64,000 nucleotides of DNA from Amoebophrya sp. A120 (GCA_905178155.1 CAJINV010000014.1:502051-566050); one strand, 5' to 3'. Counted from the first letter of the stretch, positions 11,701 through 24,863 are shown. Translations and numbers: made by a program. Notes: a model not told the origin generated them from the sequence alone.

Positions 11701-13973
11701 ATCATACTGCGCATCGAGACCACCAGGGCAACCACCTCCAAATGTGCATTCATAGTCCAGAGCCTCTTTCAGCAACCTGCACTCCTCATCAGCTCGATGC
11801 CGTGCTCGACCCATAATTCTGCTTGTGGTCCCAGAATCCGCACAAGCCGAACAACCCCGGCGAACGTACTCGTCGATTTTGTCTCGGCCCAACACACGAT
11901 ACCGCGTCACAAACGCAGCCTCATTCCTAAAAATGGGCGAGCGTCTTCGTTTCGGTCGTGGTGGAGGGTCGTGCAGGTTTTTCAGGGTAGTTTGCGGTCG
12001 AGCGCCGGGAGCTGCAGGAGGAGTGGTGGACTGCGTTGAAAAAACTTCTGGTCCTCGCTGTCGGCCTTGTTCTTTACCAACAACAAGAAGGTCTTCTTGA
12101 TGCAAGTGAAGATGTTGTGCCTCGTTGTAGTTGTACAAAAATTCGCGCGCCTCGACCAGCATTGCGTTCAGCTCTGCAGCGAATGCATTGCAAACACCCC
12201 TGGATGTCTGGAAGCATGATGCAAGATTTGTCATGCTAAACCGAAGTGCGACACACTTTGCCTCCCCCTGTGTAAACGGCCGCAGATGGCTGTCACGCAG
12301 GGAAGGTGGGTCAGGCGGACATCGAAATGCCATGCAAGATTTGTCATGCAGGTTTTCAAACATGGCTCATGAAGTCTGGAATGCAGGACCTAGCGCGACA
12401 GATATGATCTCTATCGCTATCCTGCCTATGCTGCATCAGAAACTCTCTCCCAACTTGCTGGTCGAAAGAAGAAGTGGACAGCTTTTGGTAATCACGCAAC
12501 ACATCATACTTTTGCATGATTCAGATTTGGCGTGTCAAGATGCAGAGGTGGAGTTCCAGAGGGCTCAGACATATTTGCGGTTGATACCGCGTTTTTCTTC
12601 ACAACATTCCAGACTAGGCGTCTGAAATCAACACCCTCATCCGGGTCTTGCGCTGCGACTTCGCTCTCCACATGATTCTGTAGTTGTTGAAATTGTACAC
12701 GCATAGCCTCCGAAAATGTCCTCGGGATTCCGAAATTGAGGTACTCCGAACGGTAAATCCGGGACCGAGTTGCCAGTTTCTGAATCAGGAGGGACGATGG
12801 ACCAGCGCCGCGGGGGGCTCTCTTATTCGGAGTAGGAGCTTCTGCCTCACCTCCTTGTGGCGTCGGAAGAATTCCAGTACCTTCATCCTGACGCGCAGCT
12901 TCTGCTTCCTCCATTTTTCCGTTTAGTCCAGTTCCTTCGTCACAACCAAAACAACTTCCTGGCGCAGCACCCCCTCCGAAAAAAAGCTCTCCGAGCCACG
13001 GCTCCACGTCGTACTCGATCCACTTGAGAACGGTATCGTAGGCGCGATGCAGCTGCAGTGGGGAATTATAAAACGAGACATCCTGCTCCTCGTGCTCCAT
13101 CATATTACGACCAGGTCGGTCAGTCACAGTCTGCTCGCCACCTCTGCTGAATAAAGGAATAGTACCCGCAGAATCATAATTTGGCAGAGTAGGAGCTCCT
13201 GAGCGATCATTGCGTTGAGAGTTCTTGTAATTGTATCCTCCAAACACGTTGCTTTTCAGACTGAGCGAGTTCCGCTCCCAGAGTGCATGCTCCCGCAGAA
13301 ACGCGACGGATGCCACTTTCGCTTGCTCCAAACATATCCTCTCCAGGGCCTCCAAAATTGGCCGCTTCGTCTTGCTGCGCGGCGGGGGCGCTTCCTCCGG
13401 ACCCGGAGGTGTAGTTATAGAAGTGGAGTCGACGTCGTGTTCGTTGACCGGGCGTTCTTGTTGCGTAGGGGAAAAACTACCAGAATAAACATCATCAGGC
13501 GCAACACCCGAGAACAACAAAGGGCACGCCGCTCGTGGTTCGACTTTGCCTGCAGAGGTTGTACTTGTAGCTCCGCCTGCTCTCCTCAATTTCACCACCC
13601 CCCCTTCGTCACCTCCGATGGCGCGTAGAAATTCTTTATACTTGCCCAGAAGCAGAGCCTCACCCGATTTGTAGTGCGTGCGGCCGGTAGCAGCGGCTGC
13701 TCGTCGAGAACCTGGCTCGGCAGAAGCCGATGCTACGCTATGGCTGCGGCATAAGAAAGAACTCGCGTGGCTGACCTGTTCTGCTTTCTGTGCCAGGAAG
13801 ATTTCTGAGTTGCACAAATAGTCCTGGCTCCATGGGGACGGAAGAGCGCCGACCACGGCTAGTAAAAGCGGATGGAGTTGTATAACATGCGAGAGAAAAA
13901 TGAGTACGCGCCGCTGACGAAAAACGACTTCCACCCGGGCTGTTGAATTAGTAGGGGGCCACGTCCTCTTCAT
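8701..13973 (-). CDS. Large hypothetical low-complexity protein (~1,650 aa)
   Basis: ORFs 12504-13973 and 8701-12363; GT donor at 12509; junction resolvable in two ways; no domain recognised. Confidence 0.6.
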
Positions 13974-14755
13974 TCTCCCTCCTTTTCCAGCATCTGAAGA
14001 ATGAGAACCGTCACTGCATGGACGACTTTCTTTCAGTTTTGTTCAGATGGCCCATCTTTCGCTTCCAATATTATCTTGGACTCATTTGTTGATTCTGTCG
14101 GTACCTGACGCTGACCAACAACTCTCAGCAAAACGATAGCTTGCTCTTGCTCATCCAAAGTTTCGCAAACGTTAACGTAAAAATTCCTACGAATGCTGAA
14201 AATATCTTCCGACTTGAGGTCATGTTTTTTCGGGTCCGACTGCTATCCGGCGACAGAGTTGTCATAACTTCCACGGAGAACGGAAAACAAGATCTGTTGA
14301 CCGACGAGTAAGGGACGAAAAGATGATGACGAAAAACGAATGGCGGCTCTTTGATCACAGCACCCAAGAAACAACGAGTGGGATTGCAAAAGGAGCAGAG
14401 CTCCGATGCCACGGAGTGTTTTTTTATTTTTTGGGGCGAGTCGCTTGTCAAGTACAAATTCGCTTTATTTGTGAAACCTCCTCGAAGACGAGCACTACAT
14501 ACTATTACTTCCATTTAATCGAAAAGAAGTAGCAGAGCACCTATTTTGGTGGGCAACCCGCATCATACGAATACGTAAGTATCTCTATTTTTGCTCACAA
14601 CTGAGCAGGTTACGTCTGCATTTTCTTTTTCGCTCAGAGATGAAAGTATAAAAACAACTCAAATGGTCGCGTGGTCGTGCTGAAATATCAAGAAGTGTGA
14701 ATTCTATCTGGCTGATGTACAACTCAAGGAGCTACAACTGCCCTGCTTTATCGGC

Positions 14756-17039
14756 TTAAGCTCCCACTTTTCTTTTTTTCGCCGGTTTGTTCTTGTTATC
14801 CCCAGCTGTTGTACCCTCTTCGTCCACGTTCAGCGGACACTTCACCTTCGGTTTCCCGAGAACTTTGCAGCAGTTATAGCCCCACTGCTTCGTGGCAACG
14901 TCGTAGTAACTGCCGTAGACCGACTTGTGCCCGTACCGAAACACGTCTTCCTTGTACAGTGTGGAAGTCGTGTGCTTCTCTTTCTCTTTGTCTTTATTCA
15001 TCTGTGCGTTCTTATCCTCGATGGACTTGTTGTACAGCGTGGACCTGGTCTCGTCGTGCTCCGGAGGTTTCGGCACCTCCACTGGATTTTTAGCTTCATC
15101 TTGCAGAAGTAGTTCAGAAGGAGGTTCTAGTACTTGTTGCGCGCCGCTTGTTTCATCTCGTGCCAGTACCGAGGACGTCCCCGGCCGCTCGGTGAGCAGG
15201 AGGGATGTTGCGGAGGAAGACGCCGCCGCCGTCGGTGCAGCAGCACCGGAGGATGTAGTCCCAGCAGGAGCTGCAGACGGCAAGTCGTGCGCCAGATCTG
15301 CCTTGTTTTCACGACCTTGCTCACCTTGTATTTTTAAAAGCGCGGCACTACTAGAAGTAGTAGCGGACTGAAGTTTGTGTTGGTCATCGTGTTCGTTTAT
15401 CATCGTCTCGGGCCGCGGGGGCACGTTCATATCTTCCAAAATTTCGCTTGGTTGTTTGTTTTGTTGGAGCAAGGAGCTTGAGCTGCTGCTCGAGGAGGCG
15501 GCTTGTTGATGTTGTGGCGCCAGTATTTGCGGAGCTGCACCCAATCTCGAGGATGAAGAGGAGGAGGCACCTCCAGATCCAGCCCCGCCCAGCAAAGACC
15601 CTAACTCCCTTTTACCTTCCTCGGCCGCAGCAAATGATCGTGCTGCCTCGTCGTCTCCTGGCTCACCGAGCAACAACCCGGGCTCGACATCTTCTATCGC
15701 ACGAAAAAACGGCGTCACTGTAACTACGATCAAGTAAGGCTTGCATAGCATTTTCACATCACAAGTTCAAGTTCTTCTACATGACAAAGAAAATTAGGCC
15801 CTCCATGGTGCACCTGGCCTACTAACACTACATTTGTAGAGAACAACTACTCGGTTGCACATCCGTATAAGCATAACTCTCGTCTGCTGGGTCCTCTGCG
15901 AGGACGTCACCAAAGATTATACAATGAAACACATTTTTCTACTTGCGATACCGTCCTGGTCACCCGGATGAATGTTAATTTCTTCTTCGTTTACTTCTAG
16001 CGGTCTCTTCCCGCTACTGCCTGCCGCTCCACCGCTTGGGCCTAGTCCACCCTGCTTCAGCCGTTCCTGTTCTTCCCGCATTTTCTTCATCCTCTTCTGC
16101 GTCTCTAGGACCGACTGCTTTTCCTCGGGGCGCATGCTGTTCACGTTCTTCCGGGCAGTGATGTCCGCGAACAGGTCCTTAAAGCCGCCCGTCTTATGAA
16201 AGCCGCGGGTTGGAAATGCTCAAAGTGGAAAGGATTTGTGATGCATGAAAATGCGACACAAAAAAGACTGCACTGCAGAGAACGCGATGGAGGCCGACCC
16301 CGACTATTGTCCTGCTAGGGGTGAAGAATTGGGGTGCTGCTTAGCACGACAGAAGGGCACCCCCTTGCCTTAACCTGCATGACAGACATGCTTTAAGTGC
16401 CCGGGAAATTTGTGATGCGCCAACTACAAATGCCGCTTCAACTGGAGTCGATTTTTTGCATTACAAATTATTTCCACTTTGAGGATTTCCAACGACCTGA
16501 GACTTGCATACGTCTTGTTCCGCTTTTCCTCGGCCGTCATCTTCGTTTTCGCCGCCGCCTGCTGGCCCAAAAGGAGGTTGGACTTCCGGATCTCTTCCAG
16601 CTTCCGCTCCTCCTTCAGCCGCATCTCGCGCTCCTCCGCCTGCCGCTCCAACTCCAGCTGCCGTTCTATGGGGTTCTCAAATGTTACATTCTCAACTGTT
16701 GCATGAATTTGTAATGCAAGACTGGTAAAAGTGCAAGGAGGAAGATTGCGCCTTTTGCATTACAAGTTTGGCGCAGATTCAGTCGCGGCTTAGCCCTTCG
16801 CAAATTTCTCATGCGGAGCAGCTTGATCGTGGGGAGGATGATGGTGCTTTTGCATGACAAATTCATGCAACAATTGAGAATGATGTAACGTTTGAGAACC
16901 CCATACGTTCCTGGTGCATCCACATCCGCTCTTGGTTCTGGTGCGCCGACGGGTGGAAAAACTTCTGCGCGATAAACCCGCCCGCCTTCGACCCCAGGCC
17001 GGACCGAAACGCTCCCTTATCGTGGAACTTTTTGGACAT
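14756..17039 (-). CDS. Splicing-factor-like protein: Cir_N/CWC25-like N-terminus plus Slu7-like C-terminal motif (~486 aa)
   Basis: Exons 17039-16906, 16661-16511, 16189-15952, 15693-14756 in frame; QKFFHPSAHQNQERMW and YKEDVFRYGHKSVYGSYYD...WGYNCC motifs. Confidence 0.7.
15695..15950. mobile_element. Aged introner now framed by GT...AG
   Basis: Sense G-TATCGCA...TGCGATA-G; flanks GACGG/GAAGA (3/5). Confidence 0.65.
16195..16510. mobile_element. Introner family D
   Basis: TATG...CATA, TIR GTTGGAAATNCTCAAAGTGGAAA, TSD CGTCT; frame restored (NKT/GGF). Confidence 0.9.
16667..16905. mobile_element. Introner family C (TIR TATGG..CTCAAA.GTTACATTCTCAACTGTT)
   Basis: ~50-bp TIR, TSD CGTTC; frame restored (QER/QLE). 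Confidence 0.92.
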
Positions 17040-17829
17040 CTTGGATGTTTTTTTTTGCCGAGTTATTTATAATTCAAGTCGTACAACAAGTATATCACAG
17101 GGACAGGCTCAAAAAGCATAATTGGACTAACTTCCTCATTCGTGAAACGACCGTAGAATTCATTGCCCGCTGAGGATAAATTTGTTGTGCGTCGTGCATC
17201 CAGGAAATGATGGAAAGGAGTTGTATTTTAGAGCGCTAATTTATGGCAGATTTGTTTCTACTAGAGCTGCTTTAGACCCAGTTACATCGCGACTGCACCT
17301 CTCTAATATACTCCTCTTACTGATCGTTAGTCCGGAATATTGAACATGAGCAACACATACAGTCCTTCGGATTTGCTGCCAGACTATCATTTTCCTTACG
17401 GCATCAGGGACTCGTTTTATGACTAGAACTAGTTTGTTGATCTAGGTGACTGAACAAAAAATTACGACCATGTCGTCCATCTATCTTCCGGAACAGATAA
17501 ACTTTTTGTATCAGTCAAGAATGAGAATCTGTGTTCTTCATGATTTCCATGCACAGCCAACTTCTGTCTGCTGAAACAAGAAACACGGAAATTGTGTTGA
17601 TCGTTTTCATTTCTAGGTTCTTGTGCCCAAAAGCTCCAGTTGCGACTTGCAGCGCGGCGCTGTACTATAGGCGTAGGTCGTGAAGACATTATTGATTGCA
17701 TTGATCTTGCACTTGCTTCGCGTGTCACTTTCTGTTCCACCTATTCATTTCAACTTCACCTTTGAGTACTAAAAAGCTGCTGTGCAATTCGAAAGGCTCT
17801 CTTCATTTTTCGAGTTCGGATCATGTAAA

Positions 17830-20800
17830 TTACCGCGTCATCTGTACGTACCCTGGCGGCCCTCCCTGACTGCAGGATGCGTCGTAATCCACAAAACCCT
17901 CTCCGGACCCCGCGCCCTCCATTACCTGGCCAAACGGGGTCGAGATTGCCAATCCGCATTTCTTGCGGTACTCTCGCATTATGGCCTGGTCAAAGCTGGA
18001 ACTGTTTCAACTGTAACAACATCTACTTCTAGTTGTACATCAGTCGATTTATGACACAGAGCCGCGACGTCCTTGCCGCTGTGTCTTTGACTTAGTATGG
18101 CAAGAAATAATTTATTCGTACGGATTATAAGTAAATATTTTCCTTCGTGCCGGACCCGGATCTTCGACTGTCAGAGCTACTTTGTCATGCTAAGCTCTTC
18201 CCACAGAGCTATTTTGTTGACCACAGCGCGTGCGTAACATTTTGCGTCACAAAAAATCGTTGCAATTCCAGTTGAGATTGTTCCAACAGCTGACGAGGCC
18301 ATACGCACTGCCGGCTGGTTCTGAAATTCCTGCTCCGCCATCTCGTCTATCGACCAGAAAAGTTGTGCTCACGTCTTCAAAATCGGTACTCACTTACTGA
18401 TTGCAGCAGGGCATCATGCCAGGTTTTATTTTCGGGATTTTGTATATCATGAAAGAATGCTTCTAGCGCTAGGGGCACTAGAAGATCGTCTATTTTTTTG
18501 CTTTTTATACCGTGCGTTCTTCTTCTTGATCTTGCATGACAATTTTTTCCGTTATTAATAGCCAACGTAGAGAAAATCACTTTTTTCTGCTTGATATCGT
18601 CGGTGGTGATCGCCTTCGAAGCTGCCGGAATCGCGCCCGCGGGCTGGATCTGCTTGGCCTGATCTGCTGTGATCGCCCCTTCTTCCACCGCCTTCGCAAT
18701 GGCTCGCTCCCGGGCCTTCACCTGGAGCTTCTGTCGCCCGGCCATCAGAGCAAAGTCGCCGTCGTACAGCCGCGGGACTTTTTCCGCGCCCGTCCCCACC
18801 TCGAACTGGGCGCCCTCGCGCAAGCCGCTGGTGCCCCAACTCATCGCGTCGGAGGCGGCGGCCACGTATTTCGCCGACCGCAGAACGCCCTCGGAGAAGT
18901 CCGCGACCGCCGCCGCGTTCAGTTGGGATTCTTCGTTGACTTTTGGGAGGTCCGCGACGGCAGCCGCCTCGTCTTCTTCGTGCACAGGTTCCTCAGCGCG
19001 CGTCTCGAGGTCGTACAGGTTTAGGCCGGTGAAATAGTTCGCGGACCATTTCGCCGCCTTCTCTATCTCGTGGGCCACCGGGTCGACGACGTTTTCCTTC
19101 AGAAACTTCATATCCCTCTTGTACCCCGCCCCGGCCCGGTCTGCCCAGTTCTTTCCGAAATTTTTGCGGAGTTCTATCCAGAAGTTCTTAAACGTTCCAA
19201 CACCAGTAGCTGCTGTTGCATGAATTTATGACGGAAGTAGAATCGCAAAACTGAAAGGAGGGAGCTTGTAGTTGCACGTCTCGCACCACAATAAATTCGG
19301 CACAGGAAGATCCCATGATGGTTTTTTACAACTGCTGCAAGAATTTGTAGTTGTAAAATGCGAAGCCGAAGCAGCTTCTATTTGATGTTCGTCACTGTGT
19401 GGAGGCTGATTTAGTTGCGTGACAAATCATACATACAGCAAACAATGTAATTGCAAGGAACGTTTGAGAATTCCATAAGTTCCGGGTCGGACGCCACGAT
19501 CACCTATCCTGTGAAAAAGCATCGTACTCGTAGTAATTGCAATTATGCATTACAAATCTCCGTCGCCGTCCCAAGGTAAAACAGCATTACAAATTCCATT
19601 TGTAATGCTAAGGTAATTTGTAATGCAATTACTAATAGTACGATACTTTTGCAATTCATATCACCGTGTCGTTCACCACGTTGGAGACAGCGCCATAGTA
19701 TGGATTGTACTCAAATTATGTGTCATCTGGGTCCTCTGGAGGATGCGGTAAGCACCAGCCTGACAAGTTTTTGAGTTGCGATGTCTTGCGCAACGCGAAC
19801 GCGAATGACAAACTACGTCATGCATAAGAGAAGGGCGGGCCGTGTCAATGAAGATGTCGCAATAGGCCTGACAGGCCGTAGTAGTTCTCTCCTGCCGGCC
19901 AAGCATAAGCAACCTATCTATGCACTCACCATCCAGGAGACCCGGACGAGGACATATTTTGCAAGCATGCATACCCAGGGCGTGTACCTCGCCGCAGTCA
20001 TTTTCGCGTCCATGATTTTCTTCGTCGTTATCGGCGGCTTTTCCAAAAACCCCGGGGATTTCCCGAACATCCCACCCGCTGGGATACCGCCCCCTTCGAT
20101 CTCCTTGTTGGTCAACAGGCGGGAGGGAAAGTTAGGCATGGACCCCTGTCCGGTGCCGGGATCGGACAGGCTGTACGAATCGAAGGGCGTCATCTTCCAC
20201 CCCTCACTGTCCGCGCCCGTGCCCCTGATCCCGTCGAGACCGCTCGAAAACGGCAGCTTGATGAGCCAAATCAGCCCGTCGATCCAAAAAGCAGTGTGGA
20301 GTTCGCGCTTGTGGTGCAGGTGTAGTCCCCCGTGAGAGGATGTTGATCTACTTCGGCGTAATATCCGGACCGACTTTGACACAGTCGCGCTGGTGTTATC
20401 GAATGACGACGCGTGTTGGTGCTGGTGTTCCTCAGAATCAACTGCTGCGGGGACTGCGCAAGACGATGACGAGGCACCGGGAGCTGCGGTTAAACAGAAA
20501 CTCGTTGTAGATGACACCCTCCTCCTGGAAATCTTCCTGTGCTCGGAACAAGCCCCATTTGCGACTTGTTCATCGTGGTTCATCGACGCCGTCTATCCTG
20601 TGCAAAAGTATCGCACTCGTACTAATTGCAGATATGCATGACAAATCCAACTAACTTTCTACCTGAAATAGCATGACAAATTGCATTTTTGTTCTTGGGG
20701 AAATTTGTATATGCAATTTATACTAGTACGACGCTTTTGCAGTGCATACCGTCGCCGACCCGAAGAAGGACGTTCTTGCTCGAAGGTGAAGACCGCACTG

Positions 20801-21016
20801 ATGATCAGAGCCTCCGGAGGCGACGTGGTGTACTACTCCTGTTGTCCCCGTCGTTGCCAAAGCATCACCATAGTGCAACCCAGGCCCGGAGGAACAACTA
20901 TGGAGTAGATCTGGCTGGTGTGGCGGTGCAAGATGTAGTTGAAGTTGAGCAAAGTCTGAAGACCACGAGCGTGGTGCCGTTTCCACCTGATCCAAGAAAA
21001 ATCTTTGTAGCTGCAT
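17830..21016 (-). CDS. Hypothetical protein (~581 aa), 7 exons
   Basis: Exons 21016-20749, 20588-19975, 19709-19661, 19499-19478, 19169-18561, 18342-18304, 17974-17830 join in frame; GC3-rich. Confidence 0.65.
17980..18303. mobile_element. Diverged introner family C
   Basis: TATGGCCT...AGGCCATA, TSD CGCAT/CGCAC; frame restored. Confidence 0.75.
18348..18560. mobile_element. Highly aged introner
   Basis: TATC...AATA ends, GCATGACAA motif, frame restored by element+5 nt; TSD not conserved. Confidence 0.5.
19175..19477. mobile_element. Introner, family C-related
   Basis: TATC...CATA, TIR TTCTYAAACGTTCC, TSD AGTTC. Confidence 0.85.
19505..19660. mobile_element. Introner family E (TATCCTGTGCAAAAGTATCG...CGATACTTTTGCAATGCATA)
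   Basis: TSD TCACC; frame restored. Confidence 0.9.
20594..20748. mobile_element. Introner family E
   Basis: TSD CCGTC; joins GSAT/ASMNHD. Confidence 0.9.
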
Positions 21017-21902
21017 TTTGATTGTTGATATCTCAGCGGAGACAAAACAAGTTAAGTGAAACTAAATTCCAAATCGAAAAAAGTAACAGAAACGACCTAG
21101 ATCAGTGGAGGGCTCATCGCAACACGGCTCTTATTTCTATTCGTCTTCAAAATTAATAGAGTTTCCTGCCGAGCGCGGAACAGGTCGTGCAAAAACTAGC
21201 GAGTGCGCAACACAATCGTGTAAAAACTAGCGAATGCGCAAGAACGAGTGGTGTACGACACTGAGGAGCAAATATCAATGGAGAGATCACTTCAACACAA
21301 CAACATGCTCCGACAACGATGCAATATACATGAATACGAAAAATGCAATTTCGTACGAGAATGATGCAATCATTTCAGGGCGCAATCAAGCTTCTTCAGG
21401 CGCAATCAAATTCAAACTTCTGCCTTTACTTCCTTCTCTCGCTCGATAACTCTACTCGGTGGAGGCGGTTTGTACGATAATCGGCAACGATGGCGCGGCG
21501 CGCTGTGCACAATATTTCTGCTTAACCTAAAGACGACGCTGCTGCTACGACCACGATATTCAGTTCACGAACGACGAAATAACAGTGAAGCACATCTTCT
21601 CTGAAGATTCCTCCGCCATGAGCAGCAAAGGCAAGGGAACACCTACGGCGCGACCTCGACGCAACGGACAAAAAAACTTCTTTCTAATGCTTCGGAATGA
21701 TCATTAACGCTGAGGCTCTGTCAACTAAACGCCGGAGCGTTTTCAATTTCAAACGCCACAGGAGAAACATACTCCATCACGTTTGCTCCCCTTGTTCGTG
21801 AAAATAAAACCAGTCGCAGTGCTCATCAGCTTCCAAGAATCGATGTCGATCGATGCGAGGGAACGAAGAATTTTTTTTTGCTTCGTCCTAGGATAACAAA
21901 TT

Positions 21903-23544
21903 TCACCCAGTTTTGTTTTCCAATTTCTGCAAAATGTAGTCCCACTCCGCTTTCGCCACGCCCGAGACCGAGGGCGCCCGATTTCCCTGCACGAGCTGCA
22001 TGGATTTTTTCAAAAAAGCGTCGTTTTTCAGCTCCTCGAGCGGAATTAACCGCTTCAACTTTCGCACAAACTTGACGTCGACCTGGTCCCAGGTTGGGTT
22101 GTCTTTCGAAGATTGGTTTATCCACTGCAAGAGCATGGTTGAATGAGCATATTCGATTATTATAAGCGGGCAAATCGATGATGCAAAAAGGAGCATGGAT
22201 TTTTTTCTTCCACACAGAAGACGAGCTTATAGCAATGTGAATACTTCAGATTTTGGCCTAAAAACGGACCTGAAATTCAAGTTGTATTCTCACGCACATA
22301 TGGGTACCTACGGAAAGCTGGAATGGCGTTACATCATGAGGATCATACAACGATACAAAAACCATACAACAGTTCTTGCTCTTGCAGTGCATACTTTTGT
22401 CGTAGTGCGGGTTGTCTTTCTCGAACTGCGTCGGGTCTGGATACCTGCATTTTTGTTCGCGAAGATACAGTAAAATACATCTTCAGCTTGATGCAGCGCT
22501 GCAGCGCTCTCGGCTCTTGCTATACTTGCCATACGTGACCACACTGACACGACGCACGGACCGACGCAAGCAGGAAAATAAATCTTCATCATCGATCTTT
22601 CCTAAACGAACCTCTTCTACAAAACATCAGCTCAGTACGCCTCTCGCACCACCTCCACAATGCCCACAATGCCGCTGGGCTTCGCGTTCGAGTGATAGAA
22701 ATATCCACAGGAGAAAAAAACGCATCCACATCCATTTTTTGCATGGCAAACACATGACTCGATACTTGTTCTGCATGACAAATTAGATGGGGATGGGTTT
22801 TTTTCTGTGGATAAGAAAAAGGCCTTGTCGCCAACCTTCATACTCCGCATGATGTTCCTCGCAAGGTAGTTCCGCACGCCGTCCCAATCGCAAGTGGAAT
22901 TTTTCTCCGCGATCAGGTCGTCCAGCGAGTACTTCATGTCAAAGCTCTTGCCGGTGGGGCCTGGTGTGCGGTGGATTTTTTTTCGTCATGGACATCATGG
23001 AGTAATACGTTCATGCGCTTAGCCGGCGTCATCACGTTCTTGGATGAAACGGAGCTGCGGACCAGCAAGCCCGTATTGGGGTGTGATCAACATCCGTGTC
23101 AGGATAGGCCGTCCGTGCAGTCATGCGCGGCGTAGTGGAAGAGGAAGAACCAAGATTTATTTGTAGTTCTGCGAGGCCTCACAAGGACGCGATGTGACGA
23201 CAACATGCATCAAGCACACCTGTGCTGTACACCTTGACAGAACAACGTAGTATGCAATACAGCTGCGACCGGTACGCATAGAAGGCAATCAGCAGCCAGC
23301 ATGGAATACGAATACCTTTCTCCATCCTGGTTAGGGGCTCGGACTTGATTAGGTAGAAGTCAGGTTTTTTCATCGGCGGTTTCTCCTCCTTTTTCTTCAT
23401 GGCGGTTTTCATCGCAGCAGATGCGGGCTTCGACAATTTCATGCTGCTACTCGATATTTTCATCGCCGTCTTCATGGCACTCGAGGGCCCGGAGCCCCCC
23501 TTTTGCACCTTCTTCATGGCGGACGAAGAGGATGCTGCGCTCAT
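21903..23544 (-). CDS. THYN1: EVE-domain protein (thymocyte nuclear protein 1-like), ~231 aa
   Basis: YLIKSEP, YSLDDL, WDGVRNYLARNIMRSMKVGDKAFFYHSN, GIVGIVEVVREAYPDPTQFE, W..VDVKFVRKL; exons 23544-23316, 22960-22814, 22696-22639, 22444-22394, 22113-21903. Confidence 0.9.
22119..22393. mobile_element. Introner family L with degenerate TSD
   Basis: TIR TATSCACTGCAAGAGCA; sense flanks AAAAG/AACCA; element+5 nt restores the EVE frame. Confidence 0.8.
22702..22813. mobile_element. Introner family F (~110 bp)
   Basis: TATCCACAG...CTGTGGATA, TSD AGAAA; joins AFF/YHSN. Confidence 0.92.
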
Positions 23545-24863
23545 ATTTCTTCCCGACCAGGTACAAGAAGGTGTCTACTTTGTGCATACAACTAAAGGCG
23601 ATTATAGTACCGCTTGATAACACTACACCTTATGAAGATAGCTTTGCCTTCTGCTCGTCCTCGACTATATTGCGCTCTTACAGCTAGTAGTGCTGCGTGT
23701 CTGTCAGATATCAACAGCAACCAGATTTGCTACCAATGCCTCGTTACACGCACGCAGGTACATCCTCCCGCGACGATCACTGAGATCGATATTTAGAACT
23801 GAAACGCGTGATGCCTTGTAAAGAGTAGAGACGAGGTCTCTCCGTAAACAAGTAAGTACGAGATCGATCTTTGTAAACATAAACTGCTTATTTGTTCTTT
23901 TTGATAGCAAAGTACACCTGCCGTGCTGCACATGGCAGCAAATAGGTGCTCCTGAATCTCTCACATACGCCCCCAGTCGGTGGACCACTTGATGTTTCAC
24001 TCTTGGCATTGGCTACCATGTAGCGCACAGTCTGCTCAGCCTTCCAACTAGCCACCGTGTAGTAGTTGAGACAGATGAATCATGATCTCACGAAGGAATT
24101 GGAATGCTGTATCCTTGATAGAATTCGACATTTCTTTAGGGCAGCTATTACTATTAGATCCTGTAATACAACGACGATCTATTAGATCAAGTTCAGGCCT
24201 TTTTCATCCTTTGCATGATCTCACATCATGACATCGAGCCAGCGCTGTGTCAGGACGGTTATTACTGTCCGACGACAACACGACCTCCACGGACCGAATT
24301 CATGTCTTATTACAGGGATAGGGAACAACAGAAAGAGTACAAGATCTATACCACTTTGCAGCCACATGAATGCTTGCGAAACTCAACACACGTTGTCTCG
24401 CTGCAAAGCGCCGCGATGTGCTGACAGTTATCTTCTCGGTTCTTTCACTCCAAAGAAAAAGATTCAAAACGGAAAAACCTTCTTGCACACGACAGCACAG
24501 AAGCGTCTAAACGTGAAGAAGCTCTTTGCAGTGGAGGGAAAAAAGTCTACGAAAGCTTCAAGGTACGAATAATAAATACAAATACTCTTCAGACAGGAAA
24601 AGAAGTTGTGAAACAACAACAGATGTGTGACCTATGACCGCTCAAAACGTCATCAAAACCCTCACACAACAAGAAAACGCTCGTCAGCCTCACGCTATCT
24701 TTCGTGAGTTCACCAGTATGACTTCGAAAAGAAAAATCGAACGTGTAGGATTTAAATCTCGGACGTTGTTGATGTGGTGGTTCCTATTAGTAGTTTGCTC
24801 ATGAGCTATCCTACTGCGACACAATTCGCCATGTCAGGGTGCCCGCGCCGCGGGTGGTAGTTT

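Noticed and set aside
21185-21241. Two 26-bp tandem copies upstream of the 21016 start
   Set aside because: Simple local duplication; no evidence of a regulatory role.
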